This document shows positions 29,308 through 39,442 of a DNA stretch of 64,000 bases, piece by piece. Under the pieces are notes generated by a model. It saw nothing but the letters and a program-made list of their open reading frames with translations. It made no database searches and was not told the origin of the DNA. The DNA is from Parcubacteria group bacterium (lineage in GTDB: Bacteria > Patescibacteriota > Minisyncoccia > Moranbacterales > UBA2206). The DNA is taken from contig JBAZUU010000004.1 of NCBI GenBank assembly GCA_041661275.1, positions 71,480 through 135,479 of the forward strand, read 5' to 3'. Both the position numbers and the translations under genes were made by a program. Every line of letters begins with the position of its first letter. Position 1 is the first letter of the stretch.

Positions 29308-30906
29308 ATGAAGGAAGAGATAAAAAAAGTCTTAAAAAAATCTTTAAACGAAACAAAAACCCAAGAAAACTGGGATATTTCTGAAATGCCTGAAATTGAA
29401 GTAGATTATCCTCGTGACGAGCAATTTGGCGATTTTACCACCAATATTGCTATGGTTTTGGCTAAAATTATCAAGAAAAACCCCTTGGAAATAGCGGCGG
29501 CTATAAAAGAAAACATCAAGTCCAATGTAATAAAAAATGTGGATATTGTCGCTCCGGGGTACATCAATGTTACCCTAAAAACGAAGTATTTGCAGAAAAT
29601 AGTGGCTCAAATCGCAGAATATGGCAAGAAATTCGGCGAAAATGACCTCGGAAAGGGTCAAAAGGTGCTTTTGGAGTTCATTTCATCCAATCCAACAGGT
29701 CCAATTCACATCGGAAATGCCCGAGGAGGGCCACTGGGCGACACTTTGGCGCGTGTTTTAGAGAAAACCGGCTATAAAACAGAGAGGGAATTCTATATCA
29801 ATGACTGGGGCAATCAGATCGAAATTCTGGGTCATTCAGTTTTAGGCGACAGTGAAGCGCAATATTCCGGCGACTATATCAAAATTCTTACGGAGAAAAT
29901 GGATAAAAAAATAACCAACCCGTTGGAAATCGGCCATTGGGCGGCGCATAAAATTATTCAAGAATATATCAAACCGACATGCAAAAAAGCGGGAATAAAA
30001 TTCGACAGTTGGTACAGTGAAAAAGATGAGTTGCACGAAAAAGATAAAGTAGGAGAAATAATAAAATTTATTGAAGAAAAGGGATTGACCTATGAAAAAG
30101 AAGGCGCGCTTTGGTATAAATCTATCCAGTTTGGTGATGACAAAGATCGAGTGCTAGTGAAATCCGATGGCAAAAAAACATACATTGCTACCGATTTTGC
30201 TTATCATAAAGAAAAAGCAGATAGGGGATATAATAAACTAATTAATATCCAAGGCGCCGACCATCACAAAGAGGCGGAAGTAGTGAAAAATTTTACGGAA
30301 AAAGTATTAGGTGCAAAAATAAAAGTTGATTATATCCTGACGCAAATTGTCAAAGTGGTTGAAAATGGAGTGGAGGTAAAAATGTCCAAAAGAAAGGGGA
30401 CATATTTTGCCCTTGATGATCTCATCGATGAAGTAGGAAAAGACGCGGTGCGGTTTATCTTCCTTTCCTATTCATCGACCAATCACATCAATTTCGATAT
30501 TAATTTAGCGAAAGTTCAATCAGACAAAAATCCGGTCTATTATGTCCAGTATGCTCACGCCAGAATATCTTCAATCCTCAAAAAGGCCAAGACTCTCAAT
30601 TTCAAATTCGATAAGAAAAATTCTGCCGAGCTTCTGACCCACGAAAAAGAGATAGGCCTCATCCGTGAACTTTCCAAATTTCCAGCGCTTCTCGAAGAAA
30701 TTTCCCAAAGTTATGAAGTGCACAGGCTGCCATTTTACGCTATGAAACTGGCCGATAAGTTCCATTCGTTCTATGGTGCTTGCAAAGTGCTGGACGAAAA
30801 GAATAGTGAACTGACACGCGCTAGACTAAACCTGGTGAATGCTGTTAAGATAGTACTAGCTGAAGTATTGGAGTTGATGGGAGTGGAGGCGCCGGAAAAA
30901 ATGTAG
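29308..30906 (+). CDS. argS: Arginine--tRNA ligase
   Basis: FGDFTTN, EFISSNPTGPIHIGNAR, DDKDRVL.KSDG, GADHH, KMSKRKG, NPVYYVQYAHAR, APEKM end. Confidence 0.98.
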   Translation: MKEEIKKVLKKSLNETKTQENWDISEMPEIEVDYPRDEQFGDFTTNIAMVLAKIIKKNPLEIAAAIKENIKSNVIKNVDIVAPGYINVTLKTKYLQKIVAQIAEYGKKFGENDLGKGQKVLLEFISSNPTGPIHIGNARGGPLGDTLARVLEKTGYKTEREFYINDWGNQIEILGHSVLGDSEAQYSGDYIKILTEKMDKKITNPLEIGHWAAHKIIQEYIKPTCKKAGIKFDSWYSEKDELHEKDKVGEIIKFIEEKGLTYEKEGALWYKSIQFGDDKDRVLVKSDGKKTYIATDFAYHKEKADRGYNKLINIQGADHHKEAEVVKNFTEKVLGAKIKVDYILTQIVKVVENGVEVKMSKRKGTYFALDDLIDEVGKDAVRFIFLSYSSTNHINFDINLAKVQSDKNPVYYVQYAHARISSILKKAKTLNFKFDKKNSAELLTHEKEIGLIRELSKFPALLEEISQSYEVHRLPFYAMKLADKFHSFYGACKVLDEKNSELTRARLNLVNAVKIVLAEVLELMGVEAPEKM

Positions 30907-30909
30907 CTC

Positions 30910-30991
30910 TTTACTAATTACTAATTTTGTACGAATATACCAATTACGAATAAAAAATTAGTATATTAGTATGAGAATCGTAATTAGTAAA
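30910..30991. repeat. AT-rich tactaat/tacgaat inverted tandem repeat
   Basis: tttactaattactaat...tacgaat ... attagtatattagta...cgtaattagtaaa. Confidence 0.65.
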
Positions 30992-31020
30992 GATTTATCT
31001 AATTATAAATCACTAAATGT

Positions 31021-32184
31021 ATGAGGATCGGTATCGATGCAAGGACTATACTGAATCCGGAAAAAGGCGAGGCGATCGGGGTAGGGCATTATACCTACCA
31101 GTTGATCCGTCATCTTCTGGAGATCGATTCTGAAAACGAATATGTTTTGTTTTTTGATTTTCGCGTTCGGGAAAAAGACGTCAAAAAATTCACCAAGCTC
31201 AATGTGAAAATAAAATTCTACCCGTTTTCTGATTATAAAAAATATCTGCCCGGAGCCTACAATGAAATTTTGGGCATGGCGACACTCGCGCGAGAAAAAT
31301 TGGATGTTATTCATTCCACTTCTCCATCAAGCCGGATCCCGACCAGCTATCGCGGAAAAACTATCGTTACTGTGCATGATCTGGCTTCATACAAAGTGCC
31401 GGATATCTTTCCGAGCTTCAAAGTAGCAAAATACAAAGCGACAATGAACCTTATGGTATCCAAAGCCGACAAAATTATTGCCGTTTCCAATTCCACCAAA
31501 AAAGATCTGTGTGACATTTTTGGATGCAACGAGGATAAGATAAGAGTCATTTATTCCGGTTTTGATAAGCGCCTACTCGAAGAATCAAAGGTCAGCCGGG
31601 AAAAAGTTTTGGAAAAATATGGGATTAATGACGGCAAAAAATATATTCTGTTTTTGGGAACTCTTGAGCCGGTGAAAAATCTGACGAGACTTTTTGAGGC
31701 TTATAAAATATTTAAAGAGAAATGTGGTAAGGGAAGTGGGAGTTGTGATTATAAATTGGTCATTGCCGGAAAGAAAGGTTGGCTTGGGAAAGAATATCGG
31801 CAAATAGTAAAAGATCTCGGTATCGCCAAAGACGTAATTTTTACCGGTTATATAATCGGCGATGAGCTTGTGCCGCTTTTCAAAAACGCCGATTTTTTCG
31901 TGATGCCTTCACTTTATGAAGGATTTGGCACAACTGTTCTTGAAGCTTTTGCTACCGGCACGCCAGCCATCGTTTCGGGCGTTTCTTCCATTCCGGAACT
32001 AGCCGGAGATGCGGCGGTTCTCGTCAATCCGCTAAACACCCAGGAAATCGCTGATGCTATGGTTAAATTAGCAGGAGATGACAAATTGCGCTATGACCTG
32101 CGACAACTTGGTTTCCATCAGGTGGAAAAATTTGATTGGAAAAAGACGGCGAAAGAAACTCTTGAAGTTTATAAAAATGTATAA
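31021..32184 (+). CDS. Glycosyltransferase family 4
   Basis: MRIGIDAR, TVHDL, IAVSNSTKKD, GTLEPVKN, PSLYEGFG...LEA. Confidence 0.92.
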   Translation: MRIGIDARTILNPEKGEAIGVGHYTYQLIRHLLEIDSENEYVLFFDFRVREKDVKKFTKLNVKIKFYPFSDYKKYLPGAYNEILGMATLAREKLDVIHSTSPSSRIPTSYRGKTIVTVHDLASYKVPDIFPSFKVAKYKATMNLMVSKADKIIAVSNSTKKDLCDIFGCNEDKIRVIYSGFDKRLLEESKVSREKVLEKYGINDGKKYILFLGTLEPVKNLTRLFEAYKIFKEKCGKGSGSCDYKLVIAGKKGWLGKEYRQIVKDLGIAKDVIFTGYIIGDELVPLFKNADFFVMPSLYEGFGTTVLEAFATGTPAIVSGVSSIPELAGDAAVLVNPLNTQEIADAMVKLAGDDKLRYDLRQLGFHQVEKFDWKKTAKETLEVYKNV

Positions 32185-35110
32185 GAAGATTGATCCTAAA
32201 ATGAATCTTCCAAAGATGGAGGAAGACGTTTTGAAATTTTGGGAGGAAAATAAAATATTTGAAAAGTCTTTAGAGAATAGAAAGGATGCGCCTTTGTATT
32301 CTTTTTATGATGGACCACCATTTGCCACTGGCCTTCCGCATCACGGGCATCTTTTAGCTTCAACCTCAAAAGATGTTGTTCCTCGCTTTTGGACAATGAA
32401 GGGATATAATGTTCCGCGAAGATGGGGATGGGATACCCACGGTTTGCCAATCGAAAATATTGTCGAGAAAAAATTAGGTTATAAGGGCAAGAAAGAAATC
32501 GAGGAAAATATTTCTAAATTTAATGAAGAAGCAAAAAACACAGTTCTTCAATTTGCCGATGAGTGGAAAAAAACTATCCGAAGAATTGGACGTTGGGTGG
32601 ATTTTGATAATTCCTATAAAACCATGGATTCAACTTTTATGGAATCAGTTTGGTGGGGGTTTAAGGAGTTGGATAAAAAAGGACTGGTTTATAAGGATTC
32701 AAGAATTTCGTTATACTGTCCGCATTGTGCTACACCACTTTCTAATTTCGAGATTGCTATGGACAATTCCTACAAGATGGATAAAGATGTTTCGATTTAT
32801 GTGAAAATTGGCTTAAAAGATAATCCAGGAACTTACTTTTTAGTCTGGACAACAACTCCCTGGACACTGTTAGCTAATGTTGCACTCGCTGTTGGAGAAA
32901 AAATAAAATATGTAGAAGTAAGATATGACAAAGAAAAATATATTATAGCCAAAGACCTTATAGATAAAGTAATTCCGGAAGATGATTATGAACTTATCAG
33001 CGAGTTTGATGGAAAGGATCTGATTGGAAAGGAATATGATCCGATTTTTCCTCATAATATCGAAAATGGGTACCGTGTGGTGGCGGGAGATTTTGTGAAT
33101 ATTGAAGATGGAACAGGGATAGTTCATTTAGCGCCAGCTTATGGGGAAGATGACTTTCAAGCGAGAAAGAAAAATAACTTGCCTCTAATTGAAAATGTTG
33201 ACGATGAAGGGCAATTCACGGAAGGGCAGTGGAAAGGAATGAATGTTTGGGATGCTAATTTTAAGGTTGTTGGGTATATCCATGAAAAAGGATTGTTATT
33301 CAAAAAAGAAAACATCACTCACTCTTATCCACATTGCTATCGATGTGACGCGAAATTAATTTATAAGGCTCAACCAGCCTGGTTTATAAAAGTATCAGAG
33401 TTTAAAGATGAGTTGATAAGCGAAAACGAAAATATTAACTGGCATCCAGAACATTTGAAACATGGAAGATTTTTGAACGGCTTGGAAAACGCGCCAGATT
33501 GGAATGTTTCACGCTCCCGATATTGGGGAAACCCGATGCCTATTTGGGAATGTGAAAAATGTAAAGAAATAGAAATTGTTGGATCATACGATGAGCTGGA
33601 AAAACTTTCTGGAAAAAAGCTCGATGATTATCACAGGCCATTTATTGACGAGATAACTTTTGACTGTGAAAAATGCAAAGGCAAGATGAAAAGAGTTTTA
33701 GATGTGTTTGATTGTTGGGTAGAATCAGGATCGATGCCTTTTGCAGAATTTCATTATCCTTTCGAAAACAAAGAGATATTTGAAAAAAGATTTCCGGCAC
33801 AATTTATATCCGAATATATCGCCCAGACGCGAGGCTGGTTTTATACTCTTCACGTTTTGTCGGTCGGACTTTTTGAAAAACCCAGTTTTATAAACGCAGT
33901 AACGACCGGGACGATTGCTGGAAGCGACGGAAAAAAAATGTCAAAGTCGCAAGGAAATTTTACTGATCCTAATGTCCTTCTTGATAAATATGGAGCAGAT
34001 TCTTTCAGATTTTATTTGATGCAATCTTCTCTTATGGAAGGGGAGAATCTAAATTTTCTCGATAAAGATCTGGAAGCTATCTTTAAAGGAATGTTTCGCA
34101 TGATGTGGAATTCATATTCGTTTTTTGTGCTTTATGCCAACGTCGACAAATGGAATCCTGATCCTAAAACCGGGTTTTGGGATGAATCCCAAAACCCGGT
34201 TTTAGGAAGCCGAAATATTTTAGACCGCTGGATAGTTTCTGAATTACAAACGCTCATTAAAGATGTTAATGAAAATATGGAAAATTATGAGTTGACCAGA
34301 GCAGCGAGGCTGTTTCCAAAATTTATCGACAATCTTTCCAATTGGTATATCAGGCGTTCCAGAAGGAGATTTTGGAAGTCGGAGTCCGACTCCGATAAAA
34401 AAGAAGCCTATGAAACTTTGCATTATGTTTTGGTGACGCTTTCAAAACTGATGGCGCCATTCACGCCGTTCATCGCGGAGGAGATATTTCGGAATTTATC
34501 AGACGCAGGGAACAAAAATTTTTGTTCCGTACACCTCCAGGATTTTCCGGTGGCCGATGAAAAATTGATTGATGAAAAATTAAATGAAGAGATGGCAAAA
34601 GTGAGAGACATTATCACACAAGGCTTGCAACTTCGCGCGATGGCGAAAATAAAAGTCAGACAGCCATTGGAAAAATTTTTGATTGCCAATTTGGAGCTTT
34701 CTCATAAAGAACTTTTGGAAATCATCCGTGAAGAAATGAATGTGAAGAAGGTTGAGATGGTGGAAAAAGTCAAAGAAGGGGAAAGCTGGATAATCGGGGA
34801 GATTGGGGAAATTAGCGTTGGTTTAAATATTGAGATCACCGAAGAACTTAGGCTGGAAGGTGTGGCGCGGGAGATAATCCGGCATATTCAGGAGATGCGA
34901 AAAGAGGCCGGGTATGATGTTGACAACCGGATAAAAGTATGCTATGCTGGTTGGTCAGTGGTTTTCGAGAAATTTGGCGATCTGATCGCCAAGGAAACTC
35001 TGGCTGATTCTTTACAAAATAATAAACCGGATCAATCCGATCTGGAAAAGGAATTTAATATTGAGGGGGAAAAAGTTCTTATTTATATAAAACGAACCAA
35101 AAATACATAA
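32177..35110 (+). CDS. ileS: Isoleucine--tRNA ligase (type 2)
   Basis: FYDGPPFATGLPHHGH, GWDTHGLP, WTTTPWTL, DWNVSRSRYWG, QTRGWFY, KMSKS, SNWYIRRSRRRFW; start ATG 32177. Confidence 0.97.
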   Translation: MYKKIDPKMNLPKMEEDVLKFWEENKIFEKSLENRKDAPLYSFYDGPPFATGLPHHGHLLASTSKDVVPRFWTMKGYNVPRRWGWDTHGLPIENIVEKKLGYKGKKEIEENISKFNEEAKNTVLQFADEWKKTIRRIGRWVDFDNSYKTMDSTFMESVWWGFKELDKKGLVYKDSRISLYCPHCATPLSNFEIAMDNSYKMDKDVSIYVKIGLKDNPGTYFLVWTTTPWTLLANVALAVGEKIKYVEVRYDKEKYIIAKDLIDKVIPEDDYELISEFDGKDLIGKEYDPIFPHNIENGYRVVAGDFVNIEDGTGIVHLAPAYGEDDFQARKKNNLPLIENVDDEGQFTEGQWKGMNVWDANFKVVGYIHEKGLLFKKENITHSYPHCYRCDAKLIYKAQPAWFIKVSEFKDELISENENINWHPEHLKHGRFLNGLENAPDWNVSRSRYWGNPMPIWECEKCKEIEIVGSYDELEKLSGKKLDDYHRPFIDEITFDCEKCKGKMKRVLDVFDCWVESGSMPFAEFHYPFENKEIFEKRFPAQFISEYIAQTRGWFYTLHVLSVGLFEKPSFINAVTTGTIAGSDGKKMSKSQGNFTDPNVLLDKYGADSFRFYLMQSSLMEGENLNFLDKDLEAIFKGMFRMMWNSYSFFVLYANVDKWNPDPKTGFWDESQNPVLGSRNILDRWIVSELQTLIKDVNENMENYELTRAARLFPKFIDNLSNWYIRRSRRRFWKSESDSDKKEAYETLHYVLVTLSKLMAPFTPFIAEEIFRNLSDAGNKNFCSVHLQDFPVADEKLIDEKLNEEMAKVRDIITQGLQLRAMAKIKVRQPLEKFLIANLELSHKELLEIIREEMNVKKVEMVEKVKEGESWIIGEIGEISVGLNIEITEELRLEGVAREIIRHIQEMRKEAGYDVDNRIKVCYAGWSVVFEKFGDLIAKETLADSLQNNKPDQSDLEKEFNIEGEKVLIYIKRTKNT

Positions 35111-35141
35111 CCCAACCTCTATGTCCCGAAAGGAGCTATTT

Positions 35142-35309
35142 ATGGCTAAGATACTGGATTTTCCGAAAAAGATGGCTTCCGCCAATTCTTCAGATGTGGA
35201 TAGGGAAGAAACAGGAAAGACTCCTGAGTCCAGCAAGGAGGTGACACCTATTGAAATTGACTGGGAGCATATCAAAAAGAGAATGTTTCTGGATGACATC
35301 GGCGCCTAA
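35142..35309 (+). CDS. Small acidic orphan protein
   Basis: AAGGAG SD before ATG 35142 (MAKILDFPKK...). Confidence 0.45.
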   Translation: MAKILDFPKKMASANSSDVDREETGKTPESSKEVTPIEIDWEHIKKRMFLDDIGA

Positions 35310-35336
35310 TTTTTCCGAATGCGAAAGGGGAGCGTC

Positions 35337-35474
35337 ATGAGACAATTTATTTCTGTGTGTGAATGGATTGACACTGCTCCGGAAGAGGTGTTTGTCGCGT
35401 TTCTTCTGGTTGCGACGTTGGTTATTATAGTCATCAACGATCTCCTCCGAAAAAAGGGGAGATCGGAAGTCTGA
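35337..35474 (+). CDS. 45-aa single-TM orphan peptide (not in ORF track)
   Basis: AAGGGGAG SD; MRQFISVCEWIDTAPEEVFVAFLLVATLVIIVINDLLRKKGRSEV. Confidence 0.45.
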   Translation: MRQFISVCEWIDTAPEEVFVAFLLVATLVIIVINDLLRKKGRSEV

Positions 35475-35489
35475 CAGGGAGGGAGGGGA

Positions 35490-35708
35490 ATGACAGTACT
35501 ATTAATCGCACTCGGTGTTTTTGTCTGGTTTCTCGTCGTTTCCGTGACGCGCCAAACCTTTAAGAAAAACAAAGAGACGGTGAACGTTTTTCCCGTATGC
35601 GAAAGGGGGCGATATGGGATTATTGCTTCTGGGCGTTTGGATAACAGGGTTGGGTCTTGCGTTTGGCCTTTGCCGATGCATGGCTCTCGTATCAATCCGT
35701 CTGGTTGA
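35490..35708 (+). CDS. 72-aa single-TM orphan protein
   Basis: GGGAGGGAGGGG SD; N-terminal hydrophobic helix. Confidence 0.45.
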   Translation: MTVLLIALGVFVWFLVVSVTRQTFKKNKETVNVFPVCERGRYGIIASGRLDNRVGSCVWPLPMHGSRINPSG

Positions 35709-36075
35709 GGCCGAGGAACGGAGGCGGGGCGTGATCATTTCTTCTTCAGAAGAGCCTGCCGACTAAAGATTTATTTTTTGGCAGAGTATCTTCAAAAGTC
35801 TCTCGTGGAGAAATTTTCTGCGGGAGCTTTTTTTATTTCCCCTTGACAAAAATATAGGGCGGTTTTGGAAGAAATAAAAAATAGAAAAAAATGCGTGTTC
35901 AAGCTTGATTTTTTCTTTTAGACGTGCTATAATGGATATAGAAAGTTAAAGAAGTTGCTCGCGGGAGCCATAACCCTGTAAAGTTCCGCAACGGAACCAC
36001 GGGGCAAGAAACGGGTGTAGGCCCGTTTTAAGTATTTTCTGGGGGAACAATAACCCAGAGTTAATTATTGCCAAA

Positions 36076-36948
36076 ATGAAAAAAAATAATAGGAAAATAA
36101 AAATACTCAAACTATCAGTGGCAGTTGTCATAATGTTTTCATATTTGTCATATCCTGCCCTGGCTAAAGAAATAAATATTGCTAATGTTTTAGAGTTGGT
36201 GAATGAAGCTCGACAAAAAAATGGCGTAGCCACCTTGGATGAAAATCAAAAATTGGACAAGATCGCGGCGGACAAATTGGAAGACATGGTGAAGAATAAT
36301 TATTTTGCCCACACGTCTCCCAAGGGAGTCAATCCGTGGTTCTGGTATGAAAAAAATAGTTATGACTATAAGTACGCGGGAGAAAATCTGGCTATCAATT
36401 TTATGCGCGCCGAAGATCAGCAGGACGCCTGGATGAAAAGTCCGACTCACCGAAAAAATATTTTGAATCCCAACTATCAGGAAATTGGAGTTGCGGTCGG
36501 AGCGGGGGAGGTCAATGGACAGTTGGGAATAATTGCCGTTCAGGAATTTGGAACCTTGGCCAGCGCCGCCGGAGACGTTTCAAAAGAAGGGGAAAACTTT
36601 TCCGCGCACAAGGATGAGGGATTGGTCAAGGACGGCGTGAAGATAACCCCGCAAGTTTTGTCGGTGAAAGACTTTACCGAAGAGAAATTGAAAAATGAAA
36701 TTCCAGGAACCAAAAGCAATTCCAGTTGGACGAGAAATATATTGGACAAGTTCAACGCCAATAGTCCTGCTATGTATAACTACATGAGCCTTCTCGCCGT
36801 CTTCTTAATGCTTGCTTCAATCGTTCTGGCCTCAGCTTCATTTCTCACAGTAGCCGCGCATGAGATTATGATTTGCGATGAGTTGCGTCGAAAAGTGTAT
36901 GCCGACCACGAAGTATTAATAAAACATGACCGGATTTTGATATCGTAG
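36076..36948 (+). CDS. CAP (SCP/PR-1) domain protein, secreted and C-terminally anchored
   Basis: Signal peptide; N..R, DM..NNYFAH.SP, AGENLA, WMKSPTHRKNIL, EIGVAV; C-terminal TM. Confidence 0.9.
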   Translation: MKKNNRKIKILKLSVAVVIMFSYLSYPALAKEINIANVLELVNEARQKNGVATLDENQKLDKIAADKLEDMVKNNYFAHTSPKGVNPWFWYEKNSYDYKYAGENLAINFMRAEDQQDAWMKSPTHRKNILNPNYQEIGVAVGAGEVNGQLGIIAVQEFGTLASAAGDVSKEGENFSAHKDEGLVKDGVKITPQVLSVKDFTEEKLKNEIPGTKSNSSWTRNILDKFNANSPAMYNYMSLLAVFLMLASIVLASASFLTVAAHEIMICDELRRKVYADHEVLIKHDRILIS

Positions 36949-37283
36949 TATGCGAATGGCCCACTACGAAAGGGCACATGCGAATACATATCGTGATAGG
37001 GGGTTGACTTGTGGAATCTAGCTTATGTTAGATTTCACAATCAAAACAAACACAAAAAAATAACAAAAAAGTCTTCGACGAAAGTTGACAGACTATCTGC
37101 CTCATCGGCAGACTCGCCGGAGAGGCGAGAAAACAAAAAATAAAAGACAAGAGTCCTTGTCTTATCTCAAATGAAATTGAGAACCCTATCAAAACTCCCG
37201 ACTTGTTCGGGATTTTTGATTGGGAAAAATATTATAAAAAACAAACCCCCATTCGCCAAGAAGCGAACGGGGGGGGGGTGGGT

Positions 37284-38075
37284 TCAGAGCGGCTCCAGCA
37301 TCTCCAATAATGCTTGGACTGCCGGTTCGTCCGAGCGCGGAAGGGCAAAGTATATCGCTTCGCCCTTGAATATTTTTACCGCGAGGGAATACGTTACTAC
37401 CTTTCCCTCAAGAAATTTTCTATCCTCCTTATCCCACTGGAGAGGGATAAAGCATTTTTTGATAACCGGGGATTTTTTGTTAAAGGTCCACAGTATCATA
37501 TCCCCAGTATCTTCAAAGAGAATAACTGCGCGTCTTTCGCGGTCGTCGTAGCTATCCTGTGTTTGAGCAAGAATCGGTGTCGCCAGGAAAAGAAAGCAGA
37601 TGAGAACAGTAAGTTTTGTTACAACCCTTTGCGAAAGTCGCAAGACGTTGCAATTCTCTTTTGCTTCCGCTTCCTCCAGAGTACGATTTTCCTCGTCCAT
37701 TTTTCGGCCGAAAGTTTCAAAGTCCTGGAGCTCGTAGATACCTACGGGATCACTTTCTTTTTTTCGGTTACTGAAATAGATCGAAAGGGAAATTGCGGTG
37801 AGAACCATCAGTGTGAGCAGGACATTTGGCAGTATGGATATTAGCTTATTCACTGCCAATTTTAATGCCAAACCGATAGGCTCGAAAGCGTTAATGAAAT
37901 CGCTGACGACCTGTTTTTCAACAGGCATTGTTGATATTTCAGTTCCTGTTGCATGAACCACCCATGGAAGAATTAAAAAAAGCAGGCCAACCAGTGTTAC
38001 AAAAATTATGATTTTCACCCAGTAGGGCACAAAATAACACTTAAGTTCTCCATTCTTGGAAATTAATGTGATCAT
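37284..38075 (-). CDS. Orphan membrane protein
   Basis: AAAGGAGG SD, three hydrophobic segments, upstream TTGACT promoter-like site. Confidence 0.5.
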   Translation of the reverse strand: MITLISKNGELKCYFVPYWVKIIIFVTLVGLLFLILPWVVHATGTEISTMPVEKQVVSDFINAFEPIGLALKLAVNKLISILPNVLLTLMVLTAISLSIYFSNRKKESDPVGIYELQDFETFGRKMDEENRTLEEAEAKENCNVLRLSQRVVTKLTVLICFLFLATPILAQTQDSYDDRERRAVILFEDTGDMILWTFNKKSPVIKKCFIPLQWDKEDRKFLEGKVVTYSLAVKIFKGEAIYFALPRSDEPAVQALLEMLEPL

Positions 38076-38357
38076 TTCATCCCTCCTTTTGATGAAAAGT
38101 AATGATTGGTTTCAAATAATTCATCCCACCCCTCTTTCAATCTTTTTTGCAAAAAAACTGAAAGAGAGGCAGGTTTTGAGTTGTTAACGAACCATGTTCT
38201 TAATATAACACATTAGCACAGTTTATGCTTCCAGTCAACAAGCAGATATAAAACTTGGATTAAACCACAAATCTTGGCTTTGTCTAGCCAAATTGCCAAT
38301 TTAGAGTTTTTTACTATTGTGTGCTATAATAATTAAATAATAAATAACAAATAAAAA

Positions 38358-39404
38358 ATGAAAAAAATCGTAGTGTCTGGTCTTGCTCTGGTGTTTCTTT
38401 TGGGCGCGTCGGGTGCGGCAGCGGGAGTAGAAAAAAATGGAATAGATTTTTCCAGGCCTATCAAAGTTGATGACCTGAAAATCGAAAAGAAGTTGATTCT
38501 TTCCAAAGAGCAACGAGCTTTAGGAGAAAAAGGTTCAAAAGGCAAGCCTACTCCACCGCCGGTGACAGTTGAAGGAGCGACCGGAGTTTTGGGAACGCCT
38601 CTGGCGCTGGGCGCCAAAAAATATGCCATTTTGGTCGGACTGAGCAATTATGCGGGAACCGCTAATGATTTATGCATCGATTCTCTAAAAACAACAGCCA
38701 ACTACCCAAATAGTTTATGCGCTGATGCCGATGCGGCTAATATGGAACTGACACTGAAAGATAAATATGGATATAATGATACAAATTCGACTATCTGGCG
38801 TTTCAGTGATGCTGATGCCAATTTTGCTGCGATCCAATCAGCCAAAGATTATATTTTAGCCAATGCCAAAGCTGGAGACGAAGTAGTTTTCTTTTTCAGC
38901 GGACATTCAGCCACTTCCAACAGAAATCTTTTCAAAAATGGCGACCGGTTGAATGTAGGTCTGGCTCTGTATAATCTGCCATATGATTCGCGAGAAGTCA
39001 TTTGGGACGGCTATCTCCAGAATTGGTTTGGCAGTTTAGCCACTAATCGCATTGTGTTTATTTTTGACACTTGCCATGCCGGTGGGCTGGCCAGTTATCT
39101 GCAAGGAACCGGTCGGGAAGTGGTGATGTCCAGCGCCGAAAATCAGTATTCCTATACATATTATTTGGGAGGGGAAAGCAATATGCTTGGAGAAGGATCG
39201 TTTGCTCACTTTTTTAACGTAGATGGGATGTATAATGGCTTGGCAGATGGTTATAACATGTTTGCGCCTAACGGAATTGACGGTAAAGTTGCGGTGGAAG
39301 AAGCCTATAGCTATGCTAAAAAATTCGTGCCCATCGATACTTCCAATCATCAGATTCCTGCGCTCAATGACAAGTTTACTGATGATTTAATGCTTGGTTA
39401 TTAA
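38358..39404 (+). CDS. Secreted caspase-family (peptidase C14) protein
   Basis: Signal peptide; KKYAILVG, DA..M, FFFSGHS (His) and FDTCHAGG (Cys) catalytic dyad. Confidence 0.85.
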   Translation: MKKIVVSGLALVFLLGASGAAAGVEKNGIDFSRPIKVDDLKIEKKLILSKEQRALGEKGSKGKPTPPPVTVEGATGVLGTPLALGAKKYAILVGLSNYAGTANDLCIDSLKTTANYPNSLCADADAANMELTLKDKYGYNDTNSTIWRFSDADANFAAIQSAKDYILANAKAGDEVVFFFSGHSATSNRNLFKNGDRLNVGLALYNLPYDSREVIWDGYLQNWFGSLATNRIVFIFDTCHAGGLASYLQGTGREVVMSSAENQYSYTYYLGGESNMLGEGSFAHFFNVDGMYNGLADGYNMFAPNGIDGKVAVEEAYSYAKKFVPIDTSNHQIPALNDKFTDDLMLGY

Positions 39405-39442
39405 GAAAATAAAGTGGGAAGGGATAAAGGTCGAGGGTGTTA

